Of a stretch of 40,453 nucleotides of DNA, positions 7,836 to 17,438 are shown one piece after another. Source of the stretch: a virus. Its lineage: Duplodnaviria; Caudoviricetes. Every line of letters begins with the position of its first letter. Position 1 is the first letter of the stretch. A program made the position numbers and the translations under genes. The stretch is from the IMG/VR virus record IMGVR_UViG_3300017700_000500, positions 1-40,453 of that record; one strand, 5' to 3'. The notes beneath the pieces are model-generated. The model was not told where the DNA came from. It saw only the letters and a list, made by a program, of their open reading frames with translations, and searched no databases.

Positions 7836-8929
7836 ACCTGCTCGGCGTGCACGCTCACGGCGTTGCCAAAATGATGCGTGACAACACCAGCGCGGTGCTT
7901 CCAATTTTTTACAGTCAAACTTTGCGGCGTGCCGTAGAAGGCAGCGACGCCGTACTTGGAGCCCGAGGCGGAATAGTGTGTCGTCATGTTGACCACTGAA
8001 AGCTGCTTGTTGTTTGAGGAACAACCGGCGTAGATCGTATTTACGGTGTCCTCATGCCACTCGTTGTCAGTCAAGAACATGGAGCCGTCTTTGCTGTAGA
8101 ACAAATACGCGGGCGGCGACCCGGCAGAGTGGAAAACCCGCACGCCAGTCAGGCTGACATTGAACGAGTCTTTGCACAGGAAGTAGGCTTTGCAATCACC
8201 TTGACCTGGCTCAAAAACGTTGTTCATCAGCGAGCCGCTGTTTGCCAGTTCTGCTGAAAACCCGCTGACGACAAACGAGCTGCAGCCATTTATCAGCATG
8301 ACTTCGGGTACGGTCTGCCCAACAGATGAAGGATTCCCGTTGTCGAGATAAAGCCCGGTAAAGTGGGTCTGCGCGCAGTTCTGAGCCATCAATGCGCGAC
8401 CGTTCTGACGCTCGATCATCATGTTCCGGCCGTTGACATAGTAGCTGTCCACCATCGCCATGCAGTTGTCGGAATTGCTGATATGCACGTTCTGCAGATC
8501 AGCCAGGGTTGCGTTTGTCAGGTGGAGCGCATATTCACCCTGAGGCCCGCTTTTGTGGTCCTTGATCCACACATCGTGCAGCTTGTTGAACTGCGTATTC
8601 AGCCTGATCGCGGATTTTGTGCGTCCGTTCTGGTCGATCATGAATCCCGAACCCTTGCGGAAGGCAGAGCCGAGATTTCCGGGCGACGCCGGGCGGAAAT
8701 CGAAAAACCGCACGTTATCCGAAAGGTTCTTAAAGATCGTGCTTTGCTCGCCCTCTCCCTCGAAGTCGCAGCACACGTCAATTGGAGCAGTCCCGGCCCA
8801 ACCGTAGGTGCCGGGGCCAAAGTGCAGCTTTTCCTTGGCTGTGTTGGCAGCAGCAAAGGCCGCGTTGATCTTGGCCGTCTCGTCAGAGCCGTCTGCCAGG
8901 ATTCCGAATGCTGATTTAGCGTCAATCAC
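7832..8929 (-). CDS. Beta-helix tailspike/depolymerase (pectate-lyase-3-like)
   Basis: ADGSDETAKINAAF...LHFGPGTY start followed by beta-helix-like periodic sequence. Confidence 0.75.
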   Translation of the reverse strand: MIDAKSAFGILADGSDETAKINAAFAAANTAKEKLHFGPGTYGWAGTAPIDVCCDFEGEGEQSTIFKNLSDNVRFFDFRPASPGNLGSAFRKGSGFMIDQNGRTKSAIRLNTQFNKLHDVWIKDHKSGPQGEYALHLTNATLADLQNVHISNSDNCMAMVDSYYVNGRNMMIERQNGRALMAQNCAQTHFTGLYLDNGNPSSVGQTVPEVMLINGCSSFVVSGFSAELANSGSLMNNVFEPGQGDCKAYFLCKDSFNVSLTGVRVFHSAGSPPAYLFYSKDGSMFLTDNEWHEDTVNTIYAGCSSNNKQLSVVNMTTHYSASGSKYGVAAFYGTPQSLTVKNWKHRAGVVTHHFGNAVSVHAEQV

Positions 8930-10096
8930 TTAAGCGTCCTTTCCACGGGAATCAACCCATCCAAGCGTTACGATCTTCACCACTTGCGAGCCCGCAGTGG
9001 CGCCCCCATAGACCTGACTCGATGTGTTCGAGCGGGCCGAAAACTGATTGATGCTGGTAGGGCTGGAGCCGTCCGTATACAGGACGCCAAGCGGTGTAAT
9101 GGTTGTTGATGCGCCAACTGCGCCAATGTCCGGGGACCAGATGTTGACCATGCCGGCGACGCCTGTCTTAAATCCTTGCATCAGAACTGTTGTCTTGATG
9201 CCGAGCGGTACGGACATGGTGTACAAGGTCGAAGCGGCAACAAAGGCTGCGCTGTCAATGTCCAGAACGCCAGCGGTCCAAAGGAAGGTGTCCCCCAACT
9301 GAGCGAAGCTCACCCACTGAGCAGACCCGTTCGTCCGGCCAGATCCGATGCGGCGGTATTGTGTGTAATTCGCCGGGAGTGTCGGGGTCGTTGCGTTGGT
9401 GCTAAACACCGCATCAACCACGCCCGTATCAGGACGGCGGATCACGTAGAAGTGATACCAGGTGCTGTTTGCTATGGTCCCGGTGTCTAGGCCACCTTGC
9501 GCCGTCCCAACAGCCCACGCGCTGGTTGTCTTGGCAATGGCCGAAAGGCTCATCAGAACAGATCCGGTGCTGTCCGCAGCGCGGCCGGCCGCAATACTCA
9601 TAGTTGCAGAGCTGCCTGCGGTTGACATGGTGCAACCGCCAAGGGCAAGGTAAGGAACCGGCGCAGGCAACTGCGTCAAAACAACATAATCAGTACCGTC
9701 ATACTCCACATCTGCCAGCATGTTCAAGGCCAGCCCGCCTATGGATGGGATGACCTTTGCGCCGGTCGCGTCGTACACCTTGATTGCCGTAGCCGCGAGG
9801 CCGGAAACTGCAAGGGTCGGAGTGGTGCTTGTGTTTGCTGCGTTGAACTTGACGCGGAACCGCTGGCCGGCAGCGAGCGCGGCAATCGCCGGGGATGGCG
9901 TGAGGGTGTAGGCGGTTGTCGTGCCGCCAGTGGTGAAGGCGGTGTAAGCCTGCGTCTGGGTGGCGTTCAGCAGTTGCCGGATAAATGCAGCATGCGCACG
10001 CTGAACGTCATCCAGCACTGAGGGCGCGTTACTTCCTGCGGGAAAGTTGTTCGCTGCGACCGGGTCAAGGTCGGTTATTACGGTTGGAGTTGGCAT
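8930..10096 (-). CDS. Tail fibre/receptor-binding protein
   Basis: T/A/G-rich; position after the ejection genes. Confidence 0.75.
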   Translation of the reverse strand: MPTPTVITDLDPVAANNFPAGSNAPSVLDDVQRAHAAFIRQLLNATQTQAYTAFTTGGTTTAYTLTPSPAIAALAAGQRFRVKFNAANTSTTPTLAVSGLAATAIKVYDATGAKVIPSIGGLALNMLADVEYDGTDYVVLTQLPAPVPYLALGGCTMSTAGSSATMSIAAGRAADSTGSVLMSLSAIAKTTSAWAVGTAQGGLDTGTIANSTWYHFYVIRRPDTGVVDAVFSTNATTPTLPANYTQYRRIGSGRTNGSAQWVSFAQLGDTFLWTAGVLDIDSAAFVAASTLYTMSVPLGIKTTVLMQGFKTGVAGMVNIWSPDIGAVGASTTITPLGVLYTDGSSPTSINQFSARSNTSSQVYGGATAGSQVVKIVTLGWVDSRGKDA

Positions 10097-10109
10097 TAAT
10101 TACCTTCAA

Positions 10110-10134
10110 TAAAAAAGCCACCCGGAGGTGGCTT
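10110..10134 (-). terminator. Intrinsic terminator after the ejection genes
   Basis: AAGCCACC-loop-GGTGGCTT followed by a T run on the - strand. Confidence 0.75.
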
Positions 10135-10153
10135 GCTGCAATAAAATGTCGAA

Positions 10154-10381
10154 ATGACCGAAGACCAATGGATGCGTGCCGCGATTACCGGGGCCGCAAT
10201 GCCCATTTGGGTTTACCTAGTTCAAAAGACCAAGACCTACCTGAGCAGAGCCAGGGATGAGAGCGGGCGATGCTTTGAGCAGCGCATCGCTTACAGACTG
10301 GGCGTACTGTGGGCGCGCAGTTACCATGGCGCGAAGCGCGGTTTGCGCCGGGCTGCTATACATCGCGGCACCACCAACTAG
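10154..10381 (+). CDS. Small membrane protein, candidate superinfection exclusion
   Basis: TAAAAT 6 nt upstream of the ATG; hydrophobic N-terminus; antisense overlap with the ejection gene. Confidence 0.45.
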   Translation: MTEDQWMRAAITGAAMPIWVYLVQKTKTYLSRARDESGRCFEQRIAYRLGVLWARSYHGAKRGLRRAAIHRGTTN

Positions 10382-11944
10382 AGCAGCTGGGATTGCCGGG
10401 TTGACGAAGTAAGCACCCAGACCACCAGCGGCGAGCATGGCGCGATCAGCCGTCGCGCTGTTTGGCACCTTGTTGCCAAGCACCTGTTGCCCAGCGTTGC
10501 CGAGGTCTTGCATCAAAGCTGTGCCCCGTCCAACCGCCCGCCCCCTGACGCTGTTATCCGCTTGGCGAACGGCCGCGTTCAACTGGCCCGGGGTGAATAC
10601 GCCTTCAGTGTTGAGCGCAGCCTTCCCGGCGCCCTCCACACGCACCAGATTAGCCCAGCCTTTGTCGGCCTTTTTGAGCGCTTCAGCAAAGCCTGGATTG
10701 CTGCGGGCGGCTTGGTCTTTCAGCAGCGCCTGGAGCTGCTTGTAAGCGTCTCCCAGCTCTTGCTGCAGCGGGTCGGACGATTTGCCAAACTTCGCAGCTT
10801 CCTGGCCCAATTTGCTGTCCAGTTGTTTGTAGGTCGCACCCAGCATTGAGCCATTGGCGGCGATCTTGGGTGACAGGACCTCGTCCATGGTCGAATTGAA
10901 GCGTTTTGCAAGCTGTGGCGTCATGTTCTGCGCCATGCTGCGCAGTTGGGCGGCATCGGTCGCAAACTGGTTGTCGAATTTAACGACTTTGACCTTGTTG
11001 ATTGCGTCGCCATAGGACTTGCTGAGCAAATCCCCGGCCTTCTGGATTCCGGCCTGTCCGACCTCATCAACTTTTTCACCGATAGGGGCTACAGCGCGAT
11101 TAATCGCCGCCCGGTTGAACTGCTCGCGAGCGTTGCCCCGGGCGTAGGAAATTGCATCACCCATGATGGGCAGGCTCATAGCCTTTTCTTCCGCCGTGTT
11201 CGCCCAACCCCCGAGCGATTGGCCCACGGTGGGCTTAACTCCGGCGTCTTTCAAAAGCTGGAGGTTAGGATTTGTTGAGGCGTTGGGGCTGACCATGCGG
11301 CCTATGGCGCCGGTCACCATCGGCAGACCACCTCCAAACAGAACCCCCGTGCCGGTTTGTTTTGCCTTGTCGGCCCAAAAATCGTCACCAATAACGGGGT
11401 TCATTGCAGCAGATGCGCCGCCGCTCAGCGCTCCAAAGCCGACGCGGCCAGCAAGTGAGGCGGCAAGAGGCGTGCCGGATGCAATAGCTACGTTTGCAGG
11501 GCTGGCGATGTTGCCCAGCACCCGGTAACCGTCAAAGCCCGCGTCAGGGCCTCGTGCGGCTTGATAGGCGGCTTCCTGCTGCTTGACCTGAGCATCTACC
11601 CCACCTTCAGGCAAACGGCCCAGCAAGCCGGTTTTATCGGCCAGCCAGTTGTTCGCACTGTTGACGGATGAGACAAGGCCGGACGGCAGCGCGTTTGTCA
11701 GCAACTGAGCAGCGCCATCGACGGGGTCGCGCATGCCCTTGCCGATGCGCTCTAGCCGTGATGGGCCGTTGACCCCCCATGAACCTGAGGCGCCGTTGCT
11801 GTCTGCAGCCGGCCTCCCCGTTGCCGCCGGCCCTGCACCCTTTGGCATGACCGACTGCATAATGCTGTCGTAATCGCTCGATGGCTGCTTTGGCGACAGC
11901 ACGGCACCTGACGCAGCAGTAAATGCCGAGTCGTAGTCGTTCAT
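10217..11944 (-). CDS. Internal virion/DNA ejection protein
   Basis: Large A/G-rich protein; ATGA-coupled start at 11944. Confidence 0.75.
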   Translation of the reverse strand: MNDYDSAFTAASGAVLSPKQPSSDYDSIMQSVMPKGAGPAATGRPAADSNGASGSWGVNGPSRLERIGKGMRDPVDGAAQLLTNALPSGLVSSVNSANNWLADKTGLLGRLPEGGVDAQVKQQEAAYQAARGPDAGFDGYRVLGNIASPANVAIASGTPLAASLAGRVGFGALSGGASAAMNPVIGDDFWADKAKQTGTGVLFGGGLPMVTGAIGRMVSPNASTNPNLQLLKDAGVKPTVGQSLGGWANTAEEKAMSLPIMGDAISYARGNAREQFNRAAINRAVAPIGEKVDEVGQAGIQKAGDLLSKSYGDAINKVKVVKFDNQFATDAAQLRSMAQNMTPQLAKRFNSTMDEVLSPKIAANGSMLGATYKQLDSKLGQEAAKFGKSSDPLQQELGDAYKQLQALLKDQAARSNPGFAEALKKADKGWANLVRVEGAGKAALNTEGVFTPGQLNAAVRQADNSVRGRAVGRGTALMQDLGNAGQQVLGNKVPNSATADRAMLAAGGLGAYFVNPAIPAALVGGAAMYSSPAQTALRAMVTARPQYAQSVSDALLKASPALIPGSAQVGLGLLN

Positions 11945-13503
11945 TTGGCGCCCCACTTTTTCATAGAAGGCATGTTGAACACGGACGGCGACCGTTTCCG
12001 CCATTCACGGTCAACCTCTTGCAGATCACCCTTGGCGCGAGCAATTGGCAAAGCCTGCTCGTAAAACTGCGCTTTCATCTGGTCCCGCTGGGCTTTCGCT
12101 TCGGACAGATCAAGAATGAACTCATTGGCCTGCGGCGTGTTTTTGAGCTGGGCAAAGGTCTTTCCTGCACGGTCGGCGTCGCCTTCTGTCTGCGGGCCTT
12201 TGGCGGCATTGAGGACCGTTTGCAGGTTGCTCATAGATGCGCTTTGGAAAGTCTGCGCATTGCTGGCGTAAAGTTCGGCGTTTTTCGGGGCGACACCAAG
12301 GCTGGACAGGATGGCCGCGCCAGTGGCTTTGGCCTCTGCACCCCAGCCAGTACCGCCTGGCATGGCGCGCATCGACTGGCGGGCCACCTGAACGTTTGTC
12401 AGCATGTCGTTGGCCGCATCACCAGAAATCTTGACCGGCTCATAGCTGGTTTTCAGCCATGTTTCGTTGATCTTCCCGCCAGCTTCGTTGGACAGCTTTT
12501 CTTGAGCCGAAGGACCGGCCGCCATATTACCGGCTGCCGGAGCGCGCTGCGCCTGGCCCTGCAGATCAACGATGTAGGCCTGCAATTGCGCCTTGCTGGA
12601 TGGGTCGGTGACGCGCCCAAGGTCTGCCGTAGCCTGTGCAAGCTCGCGCTGGATAGCGGCTGGATCTGGCCCCATGTTGCCCTGTGCAGCCACGCGCATA
12701 CCCGCCTCGCCACGGTTTGGGGTCGGCGCTCCGACCACTGCGGCCTCGGAGGTGTACTCCTCGCGGCCCGTTGCTGGGTTGTAGACCTTGATTGGCTTCA
12801 TGCCAGCGTCTGCGGCCTTGTATGCGCCGTAAGTCTCCAGCGCACCGCGTGGGGCCGACACGATAGGCATCCCGTCCGAGCCGATCTGCGTCATGCTGGT
12901 TTGCCCGGTGGTCGAGGTCGTCATGCTGGGCAGATAGCCCGCGCCGATCTTGTTTTTGTCGTAGGCGTAGCCATTGCTTACCTGCATATCTGGCGTGCCG
13001 CGCTTGGCAACCATTTCAGCGATGCCCTTGCCGCCGTTGAAAACAAGGTCATACTTCAGCGCCTCGGCGGGGATGCCGTACTGCTTGGACATGGCGTCAA
13101 GCCCGCCCTGAGCCTGTTGCGGTTGCTGAGGCTGCTGGGCGGTCTGTGGCGTGCCGAGCAGATCGCCGTGGGGCACTTGCGAGGGGGCGCCACCCATGCC
13201 GGCCGACATGGCAGAGCCCTGAGCAGGCGCGCCGAATCCGAGCAGGCTGTTTTGCATATCCATTTGGCGCTTTGACATCGCAAGCTGCTGCTGGCGAAGT
13301 GCTGCCTGACTGGCGTTTTCGTCCAGTTGTGACTGCATCAGCTTGGATTTGAGCTGATCCTGTTTGCGCGCATCCATGCCCTGGAAGGCAGAGGAAACGC
13401 GCTGTCCAAAGCTCATAGGTGTCGGCGAGTAGCCACCGGCCGCGAGCAAACCAAGCCCTAGGCGGGCTTCATCGGTGTTCAGTGCATCGAGCAGACCGGC
13501 CAT
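11941..13503 (-). CDS. Internal virion/DNA ejection protein
   Basis: MAGLLD start, Q/A-rich, podovirus gene order. Confidence 0.75.
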   Translation of the reverse strand: MAGLLDALNTDEARLGLGLLAAGGYSPTPMSFGQRVSSAFQGMDARKQDQLKSKLMQSQLDENASQAALRQQQLAMSKRQMDMQNSLLGFGAPAQGSAMSAGMGGAPSQVPHGDLLGTPQTAQQPQQPQQAQGGLDAMSKQYGIPAEALKYDLVFNGGKGIAEMVAKRGTPDMQVSNGYAYDKNKIGAGYLPSMTTSTTGQTSMTQIGSDGMPIVSAPRGALETYGAYKAADAGMKPIKVYNPATGREEYTSEAAVVGAPTPNRGEAGMRVAAQGNMGPDPAAIQRELAQATADLGRVTDPSSKAQLQAYIVDLQGQAQRAPAAGNMAAGPSAQEKLSNEAGGKINETWLKTSYEPVKISGDAANDMLTNVQVARQSMRAMPGGTGWGAEAKATGAAILSSLGVAPKNAELYASNAQTFQSASMSNLQTVLNAAKGPQTEGDADRAGKTFAQLKNTPQANEFILDLSEAKAQRDQMKAQFYEQALPIARAKGDLQEVDREWRKRSPSVFNMPSMKKWGAK

Positions 13504-14109
13504 TTAGTAACCTCCGCCGCTGGGTGTGCCGCCGTCGCCAATTGCGCGACCCTGTGGCGAATAGAACGTGTCGTAATAGCTGCGGGCCTGCTGCTTGACG
13601 ACGTCAGGGCCGCCAGCAACGGCCGCGTTCCACTGCCCATTACCCGCAAGCCACTGTTCAAAAGCGGCATCTGCTGCGGACATTTGAGGTGCGGCCTGTA
13701 CGGGCGCAGACTGTGGCGCGATCTGCGCGGGCATGGGGGCCTGCGCATAGGTCGGCTGTGCCGTGATTTGCTGGGGGTTGGGAAATTGGAAGGTTTGTGG
13801 CTTGGCGTATGGGTTGCTGCGGTCGAAATACTGCGAGTTGTTCAGTTGGCCAAGAACCGACCCCGTCAGGTTGCGCATGTAGTCCGCATTGGCGAACTGG
13901 TTGTTGTAGCCTTGCGTCTGTTGCGCGTTGAATGGCTGGGCCGTGTACTGCGCTTGCAGGGTCTGCCCGTCAAGCAGGTTTTGCTTGAGCCACGGTGCGG
14001 CAGCAGACCATGGATCTTTTGACACGGTTTGCTGCTGTTGCTGGCCGCTGTCCCCGCTGTCACTCAGCAAGCCTCCAACGACTCCAATTGCTGGTCCAAT
14101 CCATGGCAT
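13504..14109 (-). CDS. Virion/ejection protein
   Basis: Gly-rich hydrophobic N-terminus, Q-rich. Confidence 0.65.
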   Translation of the reverse strand: MPWIGPAIGVVGGLLSDSGDSGQQQQQTVSKDPWSAAAPWLKQNLLDGQTLQAQYTAQPFNAQQTQGYNNQFANADYMRNLTGSVLGQLNNSQYFDRSNPYAKPQTFQFPNPQQITAQPTYAQAPMPAQIAPQSAPVQAAPQMSAADAAFEQWLAGNGQWNAAVAGGPDVVKQQARSYYDTFYSPQGRAIGDGGTPSGGGY

Positions 14110-14110
14110 A

Positions 14111-14410
14111 TCAGTGCTCCTTAATTAAAACGTGATCGACCTTTTCGGGGTCGGTTTCACTAGTGACATGCGTGCAGTACCAAAGAACGTTCGTCAGTGC
14201 GCTGACGACATGCTCTTTTCCAGCTTGGACCATGATGTAATCTGGCGCCGTGTGGCATGTAGACACGCCGTCCACCGTCAGCAGGACAGAGCCCTCTGCA
14301 AGTATTGAGAGATGGTTGAATTTATGCGTATGCTTGGCCTCGATGCTCCCTGCTGCGATACGAACCTCTTTTAAATAGAGGCTGGGCAAAAAGTGATGCT
14401 GGATATTCAT
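14111..14410 (-). CDS. Cupin-domain protein
   Basis: HTHKFNHLSILAEGSV...AGKEH cupin motifs. Confidence 0.8.
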   Translation of the reverse strand: MNIQHHFLPSLYLKEVRIAAGSIEAKHTHKFNHLSILAEGSVLLTVDGVSTCHTAPDYIMVQAGKEHVVSALTNVLWYCTHVTSETDPEKVDHVLIKEH

Positions 14411-15057
14411 CAGAGAATCTGCCCACGGTCCATGCTGTTTTCGTAATTGGCCGCGTAAGGGTCGTAGCTGCTGCCGCCGTAGTAATTACCGCTGGTGCCA
14501 AAGCCGGCCGCATTTGCTCCGCCGCCCTTCCACATCGCTGATCCCAGTTGAGCGCCACCGAGCGCTTGGACCCATGGATTGGAGCCGCCTCCACTCATTG
14601 AGCCGGTGGAAGTTCCGTAGCCCTGTCCCAAGCTGTTCGCGCCCTGGCTGAACTGTTGCCAGTAGTTCAGTGGCGTGTTTTGCTGGGTCGTGGCGTTACC
14701 GGTGGCCGTTGTGTCGTAAGCCTGCATACGGTCGAGCAGGCCCAGACCGGTCTGCAGGTTCTGCTGGTTCTGTCCGTAGGCGTCGTTGTAAAGGGCTCGG
14801 TTGAATTGGTTGTTGAACTGGTAGTCGTTATTGCGCATGGTGCTGGACACATCGCCCAGCGACTTTTGCAGGTTCAACTGCGCGTTTTCGTTCAACTGCT
14901 GCACGCCGGAATTGCCGAAGCTGCCGGACTTGACCATTGCCGAGTTGTAGGCCGGCTGTGTCGTCATGTTGTAGTTGCGGACGATATCGCCCTGCGCGGC
15001 ATCGATAGCGGGCGTCAGGTAGGGGTTGTCGCTGGATGTGTAGGGATTGGTTGCCAT
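14410..15057 (-). CDS. Virion/pilot-like protein
   Basis: NPY..., SG.FGNS, N/Q/G-rich; tail-module position. Confidence 0.65.
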   Translation of the reverse strand: MATNPYTSSDNPYLTPAIDAAQGDIVRNYNMTTQPAYNSAMVKSGSFGNSGVQQLNENAQLNLQKSLGDVSSTMRNNDYQFNNQFNRALYNDAYGQNQQNLQTGLGLLDRMQAYDTTATGNATTQQNTPLNYWQQFSQGANSLGQGYGTSTGSMSGGGSNPWVQALGGAQLGSAMWKGGGANAAGFGTSGNYYGGSSYDPYAANYENSMDRGQIL

Positions 15058-15058
15058 G

Positions 15059-15379
15059 TCAGTTTCCTGTTAAAACTCTCGCCTGGACGAACGTGCCCGG
15101 GGTGCCGCCAACCGTGCAGATCCAGCCTGTGATCACGTACTTGCTGCTAGCCGTACCCAGCTCTGTAGGCGCGCTATTGCGGACAAAATCGCCCTTTGCG
15201 TACATGCCGCTTGTCGGGACTGCCGTTGCAGTCAGGTCGCAAGCCGAAATCCGCCCGTCCGATAGCTGGTTCAGCTTCTGGAAGGTCTGCTGCAGCAAAC
15301 GGACAAGGACGCGGTTCAGTTCAACCGCATAAGCCGTGTCCGGGTTCTGCGGCAGCGTCGGGATATCCGGGAGCCTCAT
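15059..15379 (-). CDS. Small tail protein (needle/fibre-like)
   Basis: Helical N-terminus plus GD.V.N..P...GWIC..GTPGTF. Confidence 0.6.
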   Translation of the reverse strand: MRLPDIPTLPQNPDTAYAVELNRVLVRLLQQTFQKLNQLSDGRISACDLTATAVPTSGMYAKGDFVRNSAPTELGTASSKYVITGWICTVGGTPGTFVQARVLTGN

Positions 15380-16827
15380 CGCATCCCCACCTTCTTGGGC
15401 AGGCCGTCAAAGGCGTACTCTTTGTGATCGCCGGTCATGCTTACCGTCACGCGGTGGAATCGTCCGGACTGGCGCAGGTCAAACTTGCCGTCGTTAATGG
15501 CGTTGGTCGCCCCCGTTGTCAGAGCGTCGCCTTCGTTCATCTTGAAATAGCCGGTTGCGCTTGCTGTCGTGGGCGAACTCTCAAACCGCACCCGGAACCG
15601 CTCAATGACCGTTACCACGTCGTCATTGCCCATATCCGCAGTCGTGAAGCTGGAGTCAGCCGTGGGTCCGGTCAGCGTCACCAACTGGTGCGAGGTGTTG
15701 AAATAGGCCGGAGTCTGTCCGCCAGTCAGCCAGAATTGCGAGTCGAAAGACACATCGGGCAACCCGTCGATGGTTGCCGAGTAGGCGTCCATGCCGTCAA
15801 TCGTCACGCCGGGAACGATGTAGTTCAGAGGCGCTTCAATCGTCGTGTCATTACGGCCCCACTCCTTTTTAAGGATGTGGTAAACGAGGGTCGAATCACA
15901 CTGCCCAGTCGATCCATTGGACGGGAAATGCACCCGTACCAGGCTGTTCTGCTTGTCGTAAATCGCTTTTGTCCGATAACGGTAGGTCGGGCTGGAGTTG
16001 TTCAGAAACCACTGACGGACCTTGCCGGTGCCGATAGCGACAGGCCGGGTGCCATCGAACAGCCAGAAGTTGTCGTTTGACACAAAGAAGTGAGCGCCGC
16101 CGATGTCGCACACAGCCTCTTGACCTACCGCGCCAGCCTCACCAGCGGGGACCAAGTTCCACTGCCACACAACCGGCGTTCCAACGAAAATCCCGACGAA
16201 CACGGCGCGCTGCTTGTAAGCGACCACGTAGTCACCCAAGGTCAGAGCTGCTTGAATGGCCCCTTCAACCGCAACCAGGCGGCCGGTAGTAGCCAGCGTA
16301 GAAACAGCGGGCGTCCAACTAGTCTGGTCGCTCTGCGCGCAGCACCACCAGCGGTCGGGGGATGCTCCGTAAGTGCCGTCGTCCGTGTTGAAGACGACAA
16401 CAAAATTATTCGACGCGCTGACAACAATCTTTGCCTTCGGTGCCCCGGCAATCGCAGCAAACGCGCCTGATGCAGAGGACTGCATGGCGTCAATCAGATT
16501 GCTGGCGATAGTCGTGTTGCCAAACTGGCAGAAGCTCCAGCGCGTTTCGCTCGATCCGGTGTAAGTGCCCGAACTTACGTCTGTCCAGGTCGTTGTGCCC
16601 AGCTCATACAGCTTCGTCTGGGTGCCTGCGAAGATCCTGCGCGTCCCGTCAAGCTGTGTCGCCACAACTGCACCCCGGCATTCAGCCGCCAGAGCCGCTA
16701 CAGCCGTTGCTACAGGCGTCGGAGCCCCGCGATAGCCGGACTCATAGGGAATCACGTTGGAGCAGTCCGTGAATATCCCCGGCGTCATGCGGTCGGCATC
16801 TGGCGAGAATCCGGCAATGGGTGTCAT
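15376..16827 (-). CDS. Tail nozzle/head-closure protein
   Basis: 483 aa, beta-rich, follows the adaptor as in P22 gp10/T7 gp12 order. Confidence 0.7.
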   Translation of the reverse strand: MTPIAGFSPDADRMTPGIFTDCSNVIPYESGYRGAPTPVATAVAALAAECRGAVVATQLDGTRRIFAGTQTKLYELGTTTWTDVSSGTYTGSSETRWSFCQFGNTTIASNLIDAMQSSASGAFAAIAGAPKAKIVVSASNNFVVVFNTDDGTYGASPDRWWCCAQSDQTSWTPAVSTLATTGRLVAVEGAIQAALTLGDYVVAYKQRAVFVGIFVGTPVVWQWNLVPAGEAGAVGQEAVCDIGGAHFFVSNDNFWLFDGTRPVAIGTGKVRQWFLNNSSPTYRYRTKAIYDKQNSLVRVHFPSNGSTGQCDSTLVYHILKKEWGRNDTTIEAPLNYIVPGVTIDGMDAYSATIDGLPDVSFDSQFWLTGGQTPAYFNTSHQLVTLTGPTADSSFTTADMGNDDVVTVIERFRVRFESSPTTASATGYFKMNEGDALTTGATNAINDGKFDLRQSGRFHRVTVSMTGDHKEYAFDGLPKKVGMR

Positions 16828-17438
16828 GCAGCGCGCACCCTCATGGTCGAGCCGCTATGGGTTGACTGGTCATCAAAGTCCTGCACGTCCTTGGCTGCCG
16901 CTGCGTACAAGGCGCCCCACTTCTTTACGCCTTCGTCGTCCATGATGAACAGCGAAGCCTCCAGCAAACACGCATACAGGTACACGTTTGGATGATTGGT
17001 CATCAGCCAGTTAGTCGAATTGGCCTGCAGCGCCGGGAACCGGGCAAGATAGTTGACGTTGATGGTGTAAACGTCGTCCGGCATCGGGCCAAACATGACG
17101 TTGTCGCCTTCGATGGAATAGACAAATGGCTTGCCCGAAAAGCCGTTTTCAGGGAACTGCAGGTCCAGATACTCCATGGACACAAAGCGCAACTGGCTGT
17201 CCGAGCTGCCATCGACGTTCAGGCTCTCGAATGAGATCCAGTCAGTCGGCAGGGCTGCAGCGCGGGTGCTGGCAGAGGTTGAGATGGTCCCGGCCGTGTT
17301 CTGCTTGCGCAGTTTCAAATCACGCGCAATCCGGCTTTCAGCCAGGGCCACAAAGTCGGGCATCTGCGCCGTCAGATCGGTGCGATTGCGCCATGAGGCA
17401 ACCGAAGCAATCAGATCGGTGTAGTTGGCGAGTGCCAT
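16824..17438 (-). CDS. Head-tail adaptor protein
   Basis: NYTDLIASVASW.R.DL...FVALAE.RI; NWLMTNHPNVYLY. Confidence 0.75.
   Translation of the reverse strand: MALANYTDLIASVASWRNRTDLTAQMPDFVALAESRIARDLKLRKQNTAGTISTSASTRAAALPTDWISFESLNVDGSSDSQLRFVSMEYLDLQFPENGFSGKPFVYSIEGDNVMFGPMPDDVYTINVNYLARFPALQANSTNWLMTNHPNVYLYACLLEASLFIMDDEGVKKWGALYAAAAKDVQDFDDQSTHSGSTMRVRAA

Noticed and set aside
8927-8932. Stop-codon read-through fusing fibre and tailspike (in-frame TAA-GTG)
   Set aside because: The same in-frame stop-start packing occurs at 13503/13504, 17438/17439 and 17726/17727; ordinary tight coupling.
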